A stretch of 64,000 nucleotides of DNA from Spirochaetota bacterium (GTDB lineage Bacteria; Spirochaetota; UBA4802; JAKQUI01): the NCBI GenBank assembly GCA_029562645.1, contig JAKQUI010000030.1:35891-99890 (forward strand), read 5' to 3'. The number at the start of each line of letters is the position of its first letter. The stretch's first letter is position 1. Below the pieces are notes generated by a model that worked only from the letters and a program-made list of their open reading frames with translations, was not told the DNA's origin and searched no databases. The position numbers were made by a program, and so were the translations under genes. Below, piece after piece: positions 39,345 through 48,501 of the stretch.

Positions 39345-41261
39345 ATGCACCCGCTTGGCTCCCGTGAGAAGGGAACGACGATCCTGGCAATGGGCAACGA
39401 GGCCATCGTGCGCGGCGGTCTGGAGGCGGGCATCGGCTTCTTCACCACCTACCCCGGCACGCCCGCCTCGGAGATCGGCGTGGAGTACATGGCGCTTCGC
39501 TCCGAATTTCCGCACCTCTACGTGGAGTTCAGCATCAACGAGCACGTCGCGGCGCACGCCGCGCAGGGCGCGAGCTGGGCGAACATCCGCGCCATGACCG
39601 CGATGAAGCACGTGGGCATGAATGTCGCGGCCGAGGTGCTGCACTTCGCGGGCTACACCGGCGTGAAGGCCGGCTTCGTCGTCGTGATCGGCTCCGACCC
39701 CGGCGCGACGAGCTCCACCAGCGAGCAGGACGACCGCTGGTACTCGCTCCATACGCACCTGCCCATCCTGGAGCCGGCCACCATCCAGGAGGCCAAGGAC
39801 TTCACCGCGCTCGCCTTCGAGCTCAGCGAGCGGTACAATCTTCCCGTCATCATCAACGCGCCGTCGAAGCTCTGCCATAACATCGGCTCGCTTTCCCTGG
39901 GATCGCTTCCCGCGACGTTCCGCGTGAAGGGGACCTTCGAGCGCAACCCGTCGCGCTATATCAATCTTTTCGCGGGGTCGGTGGCCAATCATCGTGCGGG
40001 AATGACCAGCGCACGGCGATTGGCCGATGACGCCCCGTCGCTGGGACTGAATCGCGTGCTGTCGGGCGCGGGAAGGACCGGCTTCATCTCATCCAGCATC
40101 AATTATCTCTATCTCATGGAGGCGCTCTCCATCCTTGGAGTCAGCGACGCGCCGGTGATGAAGATCGGCATGAGCTATCCGTTAAACGCCGGGGAGATCG
40201 CGGCCTTTGCGCGCGGGCTCGAGCGCATCTACGTGGTCGAGGACCTCGAGGGCTTCCTCGAGTACCAGATCAAGCGCCTCCTGTACGACGAGAACCTCCG
40301 CACCGAGATCGTCGGAAAGGACATCTTCCCCGACTACGGCGAGCTCGACGTCGATCTGGTCACCGGCATCCTGAAGGACGAACTCGCGCGCCCGCTCCCG
40401 GCCAACGTGCAGCGGACCGCCGCCCTCGCCGCCGAGCTCACGGCCGACATCCCCCCGCGGCAGGGCGCCTACTGCACCGGCTGCCCGCACCGCTCCACGC
40501 TCTACTCGATCGTGAAGGCCACCGAGCGGAAGGTTATCTTCGCCGGGGACATCGGCTGCTACACGCTCTCGTGCCTGCCGCCCTTCCGCGCCTTCGACTG
40601 GGTCACCTGCATGAACTGCGGCACCGGCATCGCGCACGGCATCATGCACACGAACCAGGACGAGGAGGTGATCGCCTACGTGGGCGACTCCACCTTCTTT
40701 CACTCGGGGCTGCCCAACCTCATCAACGCCGTGCAAAACGGGACCAGCATGGTCCTGGTGATCCTGGACAACAAGTGGGTCGCCATGACCGGCCACCAGC
40801 CCTCCCCGACCACGGCGCGCGGCGTGCGCGGCGACACGATGAAGCCGGTGGACCTCAAGGGGCTCCTCAAGTCCATCGGCGTGACCTATGTCCGCACCGT
40901 GAGCCCGCACAACATCAAGCAGACCATCGTCACGTTGCACGACGCGCTCGCCGCGAAGAGCGGGGTGCGCGTGATCATCGCCGAGGAGGAATGCGCCCTC
41001 CAGGCGGAACGCCGCGCGACGTTCTCGCCGCCCGAATACGAGGTCTATTATCAGATTGAGCCGGAGCGCTGCCAGAAGTGCAACGAGTGCTATGTCGATT
41101 TCGGCTGCCCCGCCATCCGTTCGCGCGAGGCGGGCGGCGATTTCCACTACTACATCGAGGAATCGACCTGCATTCGCTGCGGCGCCTGCCACGACCTGTG
41201 CCTCAACTCCGCCATCCTTCGCACGGAGATCAAGCGCCCCGGGCGCGAGGCGGCGTCGTGA
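39345..41261 (+). CDS. iorA: Indolepyruvate:ferredoxin oxidoreductase alpha subunit
   Basis: GNEAIVRGGLEAGIGFFTTYPGTPASEI, TPP region GDIGCY...GDSTFFHSG, and C-terminal 2x[4Fe-4S] CQKCNEC...CIRCGAC. Confidence 0.9.
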   Translation: MHPLGSREKGTTILAMGNEAIVRGGLEAGIGFFTTYPGTPASEIGVEYMALRSEFPHLYVEFSINEHVAAHAAQGASWANIRAMTAMKHVGMNVAAEVLHFAGYTGVKAGFVVVIGSDPGATSSTSEQDDRWYSLHTHLPILEPATIQEAKDFTALAFELSERYNLPVIINAPSKLCHNIGSLSLGSLPATFRVKGTFERNPSRYINLFAGSVANHRAGMTSARRLADDAPSLGLNRVLSGAGRTGFISSSINYLYLMEALSILGVSDAPVMKIGMSYPLNAGEIAAFARGLERIYVVEDLEGFLEYQIKRLLYDENLRTEIVGKDIFPDYGELDVDLVTGILKDELARPLPANVQRTAALAAELTADIPPRQGAYCTGCPHRSTLYSIVKATERKVIFAGDIGCYTLSCLPPFRAFDWVTCMNCGTGIAHGIMHTNQDEEVIAYVGDSTFFHSGLPNLINAVQNGTSMVLVILDNKWVAMTGHQPSPTTARGVRGDTMKPVDLKGLLKSIGVTYVRTVSPHNIKQTIVTLHDALAAKSGVRVIIAEEECALQAERRATFSPPEYEVYYQIEPERCQKCNECYVDFGCPAIRSREAGGDFHYYIEESTCIRCGACHDLCLNSAILRTEIKRPGREAAS

Positions 41262-41896
41262 TTCGCTACGACATCGTCATCTGCGGGATCGGGGGCCAGG
41301 GGGTGATATCGCTGGGAACCATCCTCAAGCTCGCGGCCATCGAGGAGGGCGTTTCGGTGATGGGCGCCGAACGCCGCGGCGGCGCGCAGCGCGAGGGATC
41401 GGTCACCTCGAACATTCGCTATCGCGGCCTGTCGCCCGGCGAGGCGCATGATGAGCGCGCCATGGCCACCTCCGGCCTCATCCCGGCCGCAGGCGCGGAC
41501 ATGATGATCGCCATGGAGCCGCTGGAGGCGCTCCGCCACGCCGCGCTGCTCAACGAGCGCTCGGTGGTCATCGTGAACGACTTTCCGCTGATCCCCGTCT
41601 CGGTGCGCATCGGCGAGCGCGCCTATCCCGCGCGCGACGAGATCTACGCGCGCCTGCGCCGCTTCACGCCGCACGTGCATGTCGTGGACATCGACGGGCT
41701 CTCCAAGCAGAACTTCAACTCGCTGCGGCAGGTGAACACCGTATCGCTCGGCCTGGCATCGGCGCTGGGGGCGCTTCCCGTATCGGAGGAGTCGATCCTT
41801 GCGACCGTGAAGCAGCGCTTTCCCGATTTCGAGACCAACAAGCGCGCCTTCGACCTGGGGAGATCGGCATCGGGCGCGGCGACACACGGTCGGTAG
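41258..41896 (+). CDS. iorB: Indolepyruvate:ferredoxin oxidoreductase beta subunit
   Basis: GTG start overlaps the iorA stop (GTGA). IRYDIVICGIGGQGVISLGTIL. Confidence 0.85.
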   Translation: MIRYDIVICGIGGQGVISLGTILKLAAIEEGVSVMGAERRGGAQREGSVTSNIRYRGLSPGEAHDERAMATSGLIPAAGADMMIAMEPLEALRHAALLNERSVVIVNDFPLIPVSVRIGERAYPARDEIYARLRRFTPHVHVVDIDGLSKQNFNSLRQVNTVSLGLASALGALPVSEESILATVKQRFPDFETNKRAFDLGRSASGAATHGR

Positions 41897-41959
41897 CGAT
41901 CGAATTGCGTCATCGCCGTATAGTACCAATAATCTAGTTTAATGAATCAAGGAGGATCA

Positions 41960-42286
41960 ATGAAAAAAATCGCAGCAGTCGCAACCATCGTCGTGTTCGC
42001 ATGCGCCATCGTCGCCGGATTTGCCGCCGACAATCAGAAGCTCATTGTAGGCGTCTGGAAATTCGACATGGGTGGCGGTTTCAGCGGGGTTGCCGAGTAC
42101 AAGGCGGACGGTACGTTTACTCAGAAGATAGGCAAGATGACGATTTCCGGGAAATATACCGTCAAGGGAGCCGCCCTCACGACCGATGCGCAGGGACAGA
42201 AGACCGTCTTTACCATCGTGTCTATCACCGCGAAGGAGATGGTCCAAAAGCGCGGTGATGGCAAGACAATGAAATTTACCCGGTGA
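41960..42286 (+). CDS. Small secreted protein (lipocalin-like beta-rich), function unknown
   Basis: MKKIAAVATIVVFACAIVAGFAA signal. LIVGVWKFD...GTFTQK...GKYTV. Confidence 0.6.
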   Translation: MKKIAAVATIVVFACAIVAGFAADNQKLIVGVWKFDMGGGFSGVAEYKADGTFTQKIGKMTISGKYTVKGAALTTDAQGQKTVFTIVSITAKEMVQKRGDGKTMKFTR

Positions 42287-42307
42287 CCATTCCCGAAGGC
42301 TGCACCG

Positions 42308-42342
42308 AAAAAACCGGCCTCTTACATAAGGCCGGTTTTTTA
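42308..42342. terminator. Bidirectional rho-independent terminator
   Basis: GAAAAAA-AACCGGCC-loop-GGCCGGTT-TTTTTA. Confidence 0.7.
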
Positions 42343-42487
42343 TTCTCCATCTGATTCGAGAGCATTGGGACGGCCACGATCAATCTTCGCGTGGTGCAGT
42401 CGCCTCGCAGGACCATAATTGCAACTTGACGGAGGCGAGCCCGGTGCGCATTAAATTCCGGCACGTACGGCATTGGGCCGCATGCCG

Positions 42488-44809
42488 CTATCGCTCCGGA
42501 ACGATCCGCAGCGTCCGGTTGCCCGAAACGCCCGCAAACGGCTCGATCCGTCGGAGCGCAGGAGTGAGCGAGTAATAGTCCGACCATGGGTTCAGGGAGA
42601 TGCCGAACGCCGTTCCGAAGGCCATGCTGCCTCCGTGCGCATAACCGACCATCGTCGTCACCGATGTCGGCGCGATGCCCTTTCCCGCAAGTGTCACGCC
42701 GGCGCGATTGAGCGAGGAGGAATCGCCCGCAAGCGGCGTTTTACGGAACGAGTAGATTTTTCGCGTAAGCGGCCCGATCCGCGTGTTGATCGGGAGGCCG
42801 AACTCCCCGCGGAATAACGCGCCCCAGCGCCATTCCTCCATGAGAGGTCCGCGGGACTTGTTGAGCGCAATCAGCGCCTTCAGGAACGCGCGGTCGAAGA
42901 TGGAGTCGCGATACTCGTGCTCGGTCTCGGTGCCGACGTCGTCGAACAGCATCGACTGGTCGGCCTCGAGAAGGGCGAAGAAGGTGTCGGTCACGTATCG
43001 ACTGTTGTCGATGAAATCGCGCGCGTCCTCCCCAACCTCGTCGCGGACCGTCTCCGCAAGCACGTTCAGAAACAAAAGCTCAAAGATCGACGCGGGGACC
43101 GAATCGGCGTCCGCACGGAGGTTCCACTTGTTGAAATACAGCTTCGCAAGGCGCGCCGAGGTGATGGGCATCCCGTCCAGGATCCCCGAGAACAGGGGCG
43201 CGAAGCGCTCGGCGAGCGTCGAGGTGGTGTCGGCGAACAGGCGGTCGCACGCCCGCTCGTCCAGCAGCATGTCCCGGTCGAGATGCTCCGCGATCCGCGC
43301 CGGCACATGCGTATTACGCGGCATCATCGCCTCCTTCACGACAGGCGGGGCCGCGTCGAGGATCTCGGGGCCCAGCACGGCGAACTCCGTGGTAATCGGC
43401 CGCACATACCCGGACAGGTCCGCGACCGTCCGCACGACATAGGCCGAACCGTCGCGGAGCACGGCCCCGGGCATCGGGGGCTGAATCACCGGCAGCCGGC
43501 CGGCAAGCGCCTCTTGAACGCCGTCCGAGCCGGCGAAAAGAAACGCCCGCGGGTTGGCGTTCAATCCGGCAATGACGGCGCGCGCTTTTTGGACCGAGTC
43601 GGCGAAGGGGAGCTCGAAGAGCGCAGCGACGAGCCCCTCATCGGGCGCAAGCGCCTCGACGGAAACCACCTCGGTCTTCATTCGGTCGCTAAAGATGTCG
43701 CTGATCACCGGCCCGCGCTCCGTACGCCGCGCCGTGAACACGATCCGGTCACGCCGGCCGCCGGGATTTTTTATCTCGATGGTTTCCGTCGACGCCTCGA
43801 AGTCGCGCAACGCCCCCTTCGACAGATACATCGCCTTGCCGGACACCACAGCGATCTTCTCAAGATAGAACTGTTGCGTATCGCACCGGAGCGTATACCC
43901 GGCAAACGACAGCGCGGGGCCCGCCCCCATCGTCATGAAGGGAAGACCGGCTGCGGTGATCCCCGAGATCGATCCCCGCTCCGACTCCATCACCAACGGG
44001 TAGTGCCGGGGGAACAGGTCAATGCTCCCGGCAATGCTCACCCCCAGATACCCCCGTCCGTCCTTCGACTGGGCGCCGGGGATGTAAAACGCAAACCCGT
44101 CCGGCGACTCATCCACCAGCACCGCGAGGGCGCGACGGACGCCCTTGAGCGCGCGCACGGTGCTTCGCTCCTCGTCGCCGTAGGCATACTGAAGGACGGG
44201 GGGCACGATCTGCATGAGCGCCTCGCGGTGCTCATTGTCGGCGACGGGCATGATGAGTTCGCGGTTGGCGGAAAACGCGTCCGTCCATTCGAACAGGAGG
44301 AGAATGCTCGCGACATCGGCATCGGTCCAGGGCTCCGGCAGGGCGCCGAGGAGCCCCATGAACTCATGGGCCATCTCGCTGCGGTACAGGTTGATCCCTG
44401 CGGCGTAGGCCGCGAGGTACTCGCGCGCGGGGCTCTTCACGCGCTTCACGAGCTCGACGGCGCTTCGGTGAAACCCGACCGTGCGCGCGAGCTTGTCGGG
44501 CACCACGGCGTGTTCGCCGATGAGCTCCGCGAGCCGGCCGCGGGCGATGGCGCGGAAGTATTCAATTTGCGCGAGCCGGTCCTGCGCGTGCACGAACCCG
44601 ATCCCGAAGAACACACCCGTCGCGCCCTTCGCGCGGATGGCGGGGACGCCGTTGCGATCGCGTTCGATGGTGACCGGCTCACCAGCGTGTGCGGAGATGA
44701 CGCCGTTGTAGCGGACCAGGCCCTTGTAGAAGTATAGCGCGAGCGCGCCGACAATGATGCCGGGAATGAACGCAACGGCCGGGATGATCCACCATTTCTT
44801 TTTCGACAT
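42488..44809 (-). CDS. Penicillin/AHL acylase family (Ntn hydrolase S45) protein, membrane-anchored
   Basis: N-terminal TM helix. ERDRNGVPAIRA...GIGFVHAQDRLAQIEYFRAIARGRLAELIG is typical of the penicillin amidase alpha subunit. Confidence 0.85.
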   Translation of the reverse strand: MSKKKWWIIPAVAFIPGIIVGALALYFYKGLVRYNGVISAHAGEPVTIERDRNGVPAIRAKGATGVFFGIGFVHAQDRLAQIEYFRAIARGRLAELIGEHAVVPDKLARTVGFHRSAVELVKRVKSPAREYLAAYAAGINLYRSEMAHEFMGLLGALPEPWTDADVASILLLFEWTDAFSANRELIMPVADNEHREALMQIVPPVLQYAYGDEERSTVRALKGVRRALAVLVDESPDGFAFYIPGAQSKDGRGYLGVSIAGSIDLFPRHYPLVMESERGSISGITAAGLPFMTMGAGPALSFAGYTLRCDTQQFYLEKIAVVSGKAMYLSKGALRDFEASTETIEIKNPGGRRDRIVFTARRTERGPVISDIFSDRMKTEVVSVEALAPDEGLVAALFELPFADSVQKARAVIAGLNANPRAFLFAGSDGVQEALAGRLPVIQPPMPGAVLRDGSAYVVRTVADLSGYVRPITTEFAVLGPEILDAAPPVVKEAMMPRNTHVPARIAEHLDRDMLLDERACDRLFADTTSTLAERFAPLFSGILDGMPITSARLAKLYFNKWNLRADADSVPASIFELLFLNVLAETVRDEVGEDARDFIDNSRYVTDTFFALLEADQSMLFDDVGTETEHEYRDSIFDRAFLKALIALNKSRGPLMEEWRWGALFRGEFGLPINTRIGPLTRKIYSFRKTPLAGDSSSLNRAGVTLAGKGIAPTSVTTMVGYAHGGSMAFGTAFGISLNPWSDYYSLTPALRRIEPFAGVSGNRTLRIVPER

Positions 44810-45018
44810 GCCGATACCGCTCGGTCCTCACGTGCGTCTCACGATCCGGACTCGGCCGGATCACTCGTTCCACTCCCCCTCCGGGGATCGTCATGAGGAA
44901 ACCGGTTCCCCGCATCGCGGCGATCGCCACCGACGAGTCGCCGCAATTGACGTTCCCCAATGCGAACGGGTCCCGGGACGCACCTGCAGTGTGCCCGCCG
45001 CACGCCGGCGGGATGATA

Positions 45019-46248
45019 TTAAAACACGAACGCCAGGTCGCTCAATCGACGCTCGATTTCCTCCAGAATGGCCGTCTCCTCGTCCGGGGTCGCCACGAAG
45101 GTCGCGGAGAAGCGGATAAAATGTCCCACATCGTCCCAGGGCACCGACGAGATGAGCCGCTCACGGATCAGGAATTGGGAAAACTCCTCGGCGGTGGCGA
45201 ACGAGGGGCCGCCCTTCACGCCCTTCGGAATTTCAAAATACAGATAGAAGGTCCCTGCGGGCATGGCGGCCGAAAATCCCAATCGCGTCAGAATCGCCAC
45301 CAGCGCCTTCAAGCGCCGCTCGTACTTTGCCGCAATCGCCGCGGTGATCTCGGGATGCGCGAGCGCCTGCACGCCCGCCTTCTGGATCGCGATGAACTGG
45401 CCGGAGTCGAAATTGTCCTTCACGTTCCCGAAGGCCTTCACGATGAGTTCATTGCCCGCGACGAAGGCGAGCCGCCAGCCGGTCATGTTGAACGATTTCG
45501 AAAGCGAGTGGATCTCGATTCCCACGTCCTTCGCGCCGGGCACGTTCAGAAACGAGAGCGGTTTCGACGCATAGGTGAGCGCCGCATACGCGGCATCCTG
45601 GACGATGATTACGCCGTTGCGGTTCGCGAAATCGACAACCTGCCGGTAAAACCCGGCGTCGGCGTTCGCGCCGGTCGGATTGTTCGGGTAGTTGAGCACC
45701 ATCACCTTGGCGCGCTTCAGCACATCGGCGGGGATCTCGTCCAGGTCGGGCAAAAAGGCGTTCTCGCGCCTGAGCGGGAGGTTGTGCACCGCGCCGCCGT
45801 ACCATTCCGCGTGCGTCCCGAAGACCGGGTAGCCGGGAACGGTCATCAGCACCACGTCGCCGGGGTTGATGAAAGCGGAGGGAAACATCGACAGGGCCGA
45901 CTTCGACCCGATGGCGTGCATCACCTCCGTCTCGGGGTTGATCCCGCCCACGCCGAAAACGTTTTTCAGATACGCGGCCGCGGCGGCCTTGAATTCGTCG
46001 ATCCCATTGTCGGCGTATCCGCGGTTGGCGGGGTTCTCCGCCTCCGACTGGAGGGTCTTGATGACGACGTCGAACGCCTTTTCGTCGGGCTCGCCGACGC
46101 CCAGGTCGATGAGCGCAGTGCCGGGATTGTTCTTGACGGCCTCCCGCTTGGCCCGCTTGATTTTTTCGAATTTGTAGATCTTCTCTTCCTTGCCGAAGCG
46201 GCTGCCGCCGATGCGATCGGCAAAGAGGCGTTGAATGTACGACTCCAT
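45019..46248 (-). CDS. Class I PLP aminotransferase, LL-diaminopimelate aminotransferase-like
   Basis: IDLGVGEPD, NYPNNPTG, and the SLSKSFNMTGWRLAF PLP-Lys region. The DapL assignment is by resemblance only. Confidence 0.75.
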   Translation of the reverse strand: MESYIQRLFADRIGGSRFGKEEKIYKFEKIKRAKREAVKNNPGTALIDLGVGEPDEKAFDVVIKTLQSEAENPANRGYADNGIDEFKAAAAAYLKNVFGVGGINPETEVMHAIGSKSALSMFPSAFINPGDVVLMTVPGYPVFGTHAEWYGGAVHNLPLRRENAFLPDLDEIPADVLKRAKVMVLNYPNNPTGANADAGFYRQVVDFANRNGVIIVQDAAYAALTYASKPLSFLNVPGAKDVGIEIHSLSKSFNMTGWRLAFVAGNELIVKAFGNVKDNFDSGQFIAIQKAGVQALAHPEITAAIAAKYERRLKALVAILTRLGFSAAMPAGTFYLYFEIPKGVKGGPSFATAEEFSQFLIRERLISSVPWDDVGHFIRFSATFVATPDEETAILEEIERRLSDLAFVF

Positions 46249-46419
46249 GGTCCCTACCCCGTATTCGTGCCGGTATGGCTGTAACGACTGCCCCGGGCCG
46301 TGCGTGCGGACTGACTGGCGATGATTTGTCCTGAATATGGTTCGCGGCGGGCAATTTTTTACAAGAACAAATTCGGCGGGCCGGAAAAAAATGAGCCCGT
46401 CGGCGCGTTTTTTTATCTC

Positions 46420-46473
46420 TTGACACTGCGGGCGGCTCGAAATTAAATCGAGCGTTCAGTCGGAATTACCGAC
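46420..46473 (+). promoter_or_regulatory. Candidate promoter with two palindromic operators upstream of the TetR gene
   Basis: TTGACA (46420-25), N17, TTAAAT (46443-48). IR1 is GCTCGA-aattaaa-TCGAGC (46435-53), overlapping the -10. IR2 is GTCGG-aatta-CCGAC (46459-73). Confidence 0.4.
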
Positions 46474-46496
46474 AACCTTCGAGCGCGACGGGAGCC

Positions 46497-47123
46497 ATGA
46501 GAAAAAAGGTCGTCCCTACACAAGTCAAGAACCCGGAGCTGGTGAACAAGCGCCGTCAGCAGATCATCGACGCGAGCGTGCGCCTGTTCATCAAGCAGGG
46601 GTTCCACAAAAGCACCACGCGGCAAATCGCGCGCAAAGCGGGCTTTAGCATCGGGAAGCTCTACGAGTACATCACCACCAAGGAGGACGTCCTCTACCTT
46701 GTCTGCGACTACATCCACCGCGGCGTCGAGGAGGCCGTCAAGCAGGCCATCACCGATTCCGGCACCGGACGGGAATCGCTGGAGAGCGCCATCCGCGAGT
46801 ACTTCCGAATCTGCGACAGCATGTCCGACGACATCCTCCTCATCTACCAGGAGATCAAGTCGCTCGCCCGCGACGCCATGCACACGGTGCTCGCCCGCGA
46901 CGTCCAGATCACGGAACTCTTCGAGCAGATCATCGACCGGGGGATCCGCGACCGGAGCATCAAGCTGAATGTCCCGTCGGCGCGGCTGCTGGCGCACAAC
47001 ATCATGGTCCTGGGACACATGTGGACCTTCCGTCGGTGGTATCTCAGCCGGACCATCACCATCGACCAGTATATCGAAGAACAGCTTCAGTTTATCCTGA
47101 ACAGCATTGGGAGGAAGCCATGA
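46497..47123 (+). CDS. TetR/AcrR family transcriptional regulator
   Basis: N-terminal HTH: RRQQIIDASVRLFIKQGFHKSTTRQIARKAGFSIGKLYEYITTKEDVL. Confidence 0.85.
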   Translation: MRKKVVPTQVKNPELVNKRRQQIIDASVRLFIKQGFHKSTTRQIARKAGFSIGKLYEYITTKEDVLYLVCDYIHRGVEEAVKQAITDSGTGRESLESAIREYFRICDSMSDDILLIYQEIKSLARDAMHTVLARDVQITELFEQIIDRGIRDRSIKLNVPSARLLAHNIMVLGHMWTFRRWYLSRTITIDQYIEEQLQFILNSIGRKP

Positions 47124-47485
47124 GACCGATTTTCGCAGCCGCACCGCTGTGCCTTGCGCTCGCCATCGCCCTCGGCGCAACAGTCGCCGGCACTGCCGCA
47201 CAGAAGGTGGTTCTCTATTACTTTTACGGAACGGGGTGCGTCAATTGCGCGAAAACCCAGCCGATCGTCGAACAGCTCGCATACAAGTATCGCACGCGCG
47301 GACTCACGCTTCAAAGCTACGAGGTCTGGTACAACACGAACAACCGCGCGCTGCTGCTCCGACTCGCCCAGGAGCGGGGGAAAAGCGTGCAGGGCGTCCC
47401 GATCGTCATCATCGGCCGCGACGTATACATGGGCGTCAAGAGCATCTCCGAGATAGAACGGAGAATCAACACCTACCTGAAATAG
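47120..47485 (+). CDS. Secreted thioredoxin/glutaredoxin-fold CxxC protein
   Basis: ATG overlaps the TetR stop (ATGA). Signal peptide, then VVLYYFYGTGCVNCAK and GVPIVIIG. Confidence 0.7.
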   Translation: MRPIFAAAPLCLALAIALGATVAGTAAQKVVLYYFYGTGCVNCAKTQPIVEQLAYKYRTRGLTLQSYEVWYNTNNRALLLRLAQERGKSVQGVPIVIIGRDVYMGVKSISEIERRINTYLK

Positions 47486-47568
47486 TCCGCGACCGTTTTT
47501 AAAAAATACTTGAATTATTGCCCGACCCTCAGTACATTTAAGCGGACGGAGGGGACCGATCGGCATGC

Positions 47569-48090
47569 GTGAAGGGGTTCTCCCGGCCGGATACGGATAT
47601 GATGGACACGAACATCGGGAACGTCGCGGGGAGGAAGGCGTTTGTACGGCTCCAGTTCGGGCCGAACTGGAACTACATCGCCACCGTCAGGATTTTCGTG
47701 ATGAATTTCCTGGCCATCACGCTCGAGGACAAAAAAAAGGCGGACGTAATCGCGATGGCGGTCAACGAGATGGTCGAGAACGCCATCAAGTATTCGAACC
47801 AGGCCTGCATCGAGATTCACCTGGACGTGTTCGAGGGCGACAAGACGATCACCGTGATGGTGGGAAACCACGCGACGCGCGAATCGTACGAAAGCTTCAC
47901 GGAGATTCTCGACGAGATATCCGCCCGTCCGCCGCTGGAGGCCTTCCTGGAGCGTATGCGGGTTTCATCGAGCGGGCCCGACCGCAAGAGCATGATCGGC
48001 TTGGCGAGAATACGGTACGAATCGGGCGCGAAGCTATCGCACACCTTTGAGGACGGCTATCTCAGGGTGTACGCCAGTTTCGACTCATAG
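47569..48090 (+). CDS. Small GHKL-type (anti-sigma kinase / SiaB-like) ATPase-fold regulator with a degenerate G1 box
   Basis: N-box VNEMVENAIKYS. VGNHAT sits in place of DxGxG. G2-like MIGLARI. GTG 47569, with alternative ATG 47599. Confidence 0.65.
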   Translation: MKGFSRPDTDMMDTNIGNVAGRKAFVRLQFGPNWNYIATVRIFVMNFLAITLEDKKKADVIAMAVNEMVENAIKYSNQACIEIHLDVFEGDKTITVMVGNHATRESYESFTEILDEISARPPLEAFLERMRVSSSGPDRKSMIGLARIRYESGAKLSHTFEDGYLRVYASFDS

Positions 48091-48102
48091 ACAGGAGCGA
48101 CA

Positions 48103-48489
48103 ATGGCACACATCGACATTCCCTCCTTCAGCCTCGACAAGGTGACCATCCGCGTGAGCGACCACGACGGCGTTCCCTGCGTGGTCTTTTCCGGGATGAT
48201 GGATGTCCGCGACCCGTCGCAGGAGGTATTGCCGTACCTGCTCTCGATCCATCAGCGCATCATCAGCGGCGGCATCAAGCGCATCAGGGTCGATTTCTCC
48301 GATCTGTCGTTCATGAACTCCAGCGGCATCCGCTCCGTCATCTCCTGGGTCGTCAAGCTCAACGACCTCCCGGCCGAATCGCGCTATCGCATCACCATCG
48401 TCCACAACCCCGAGATAACCTGGCAACAGAGCAGCCTCAAGGTCATGCAGCAGCTCCTCCCCGACCACATCGAATTGGAGAAACACTAG
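48103..48489 (+). CDS. STAS/SiaC (DUF1987)-like partner-switching protein
   Basis: VVFSGMMDVRDPSQEVLPYL...IRVDFSDLSFMNSSGIRSVISWV resembles the DUF1987 pattern (..F.G.s.pe.....y.P..........L.yfNsSS.k). Confidence 0.6.
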   Translation: MAHIDIPSFSLDKVTIRVSDHDGVPCVVFSGMMDVRDPSQEVLPYLLSIHQRIISGGIKRIRVDFSDLSFMNSSGIRSVISWVVKLNDLPAESRYRITIVHNPEITWQQSSLKVMQQLLPDHIELEKH

Positions 48490-48501
48490 CGGATAGCGCT
48501 T

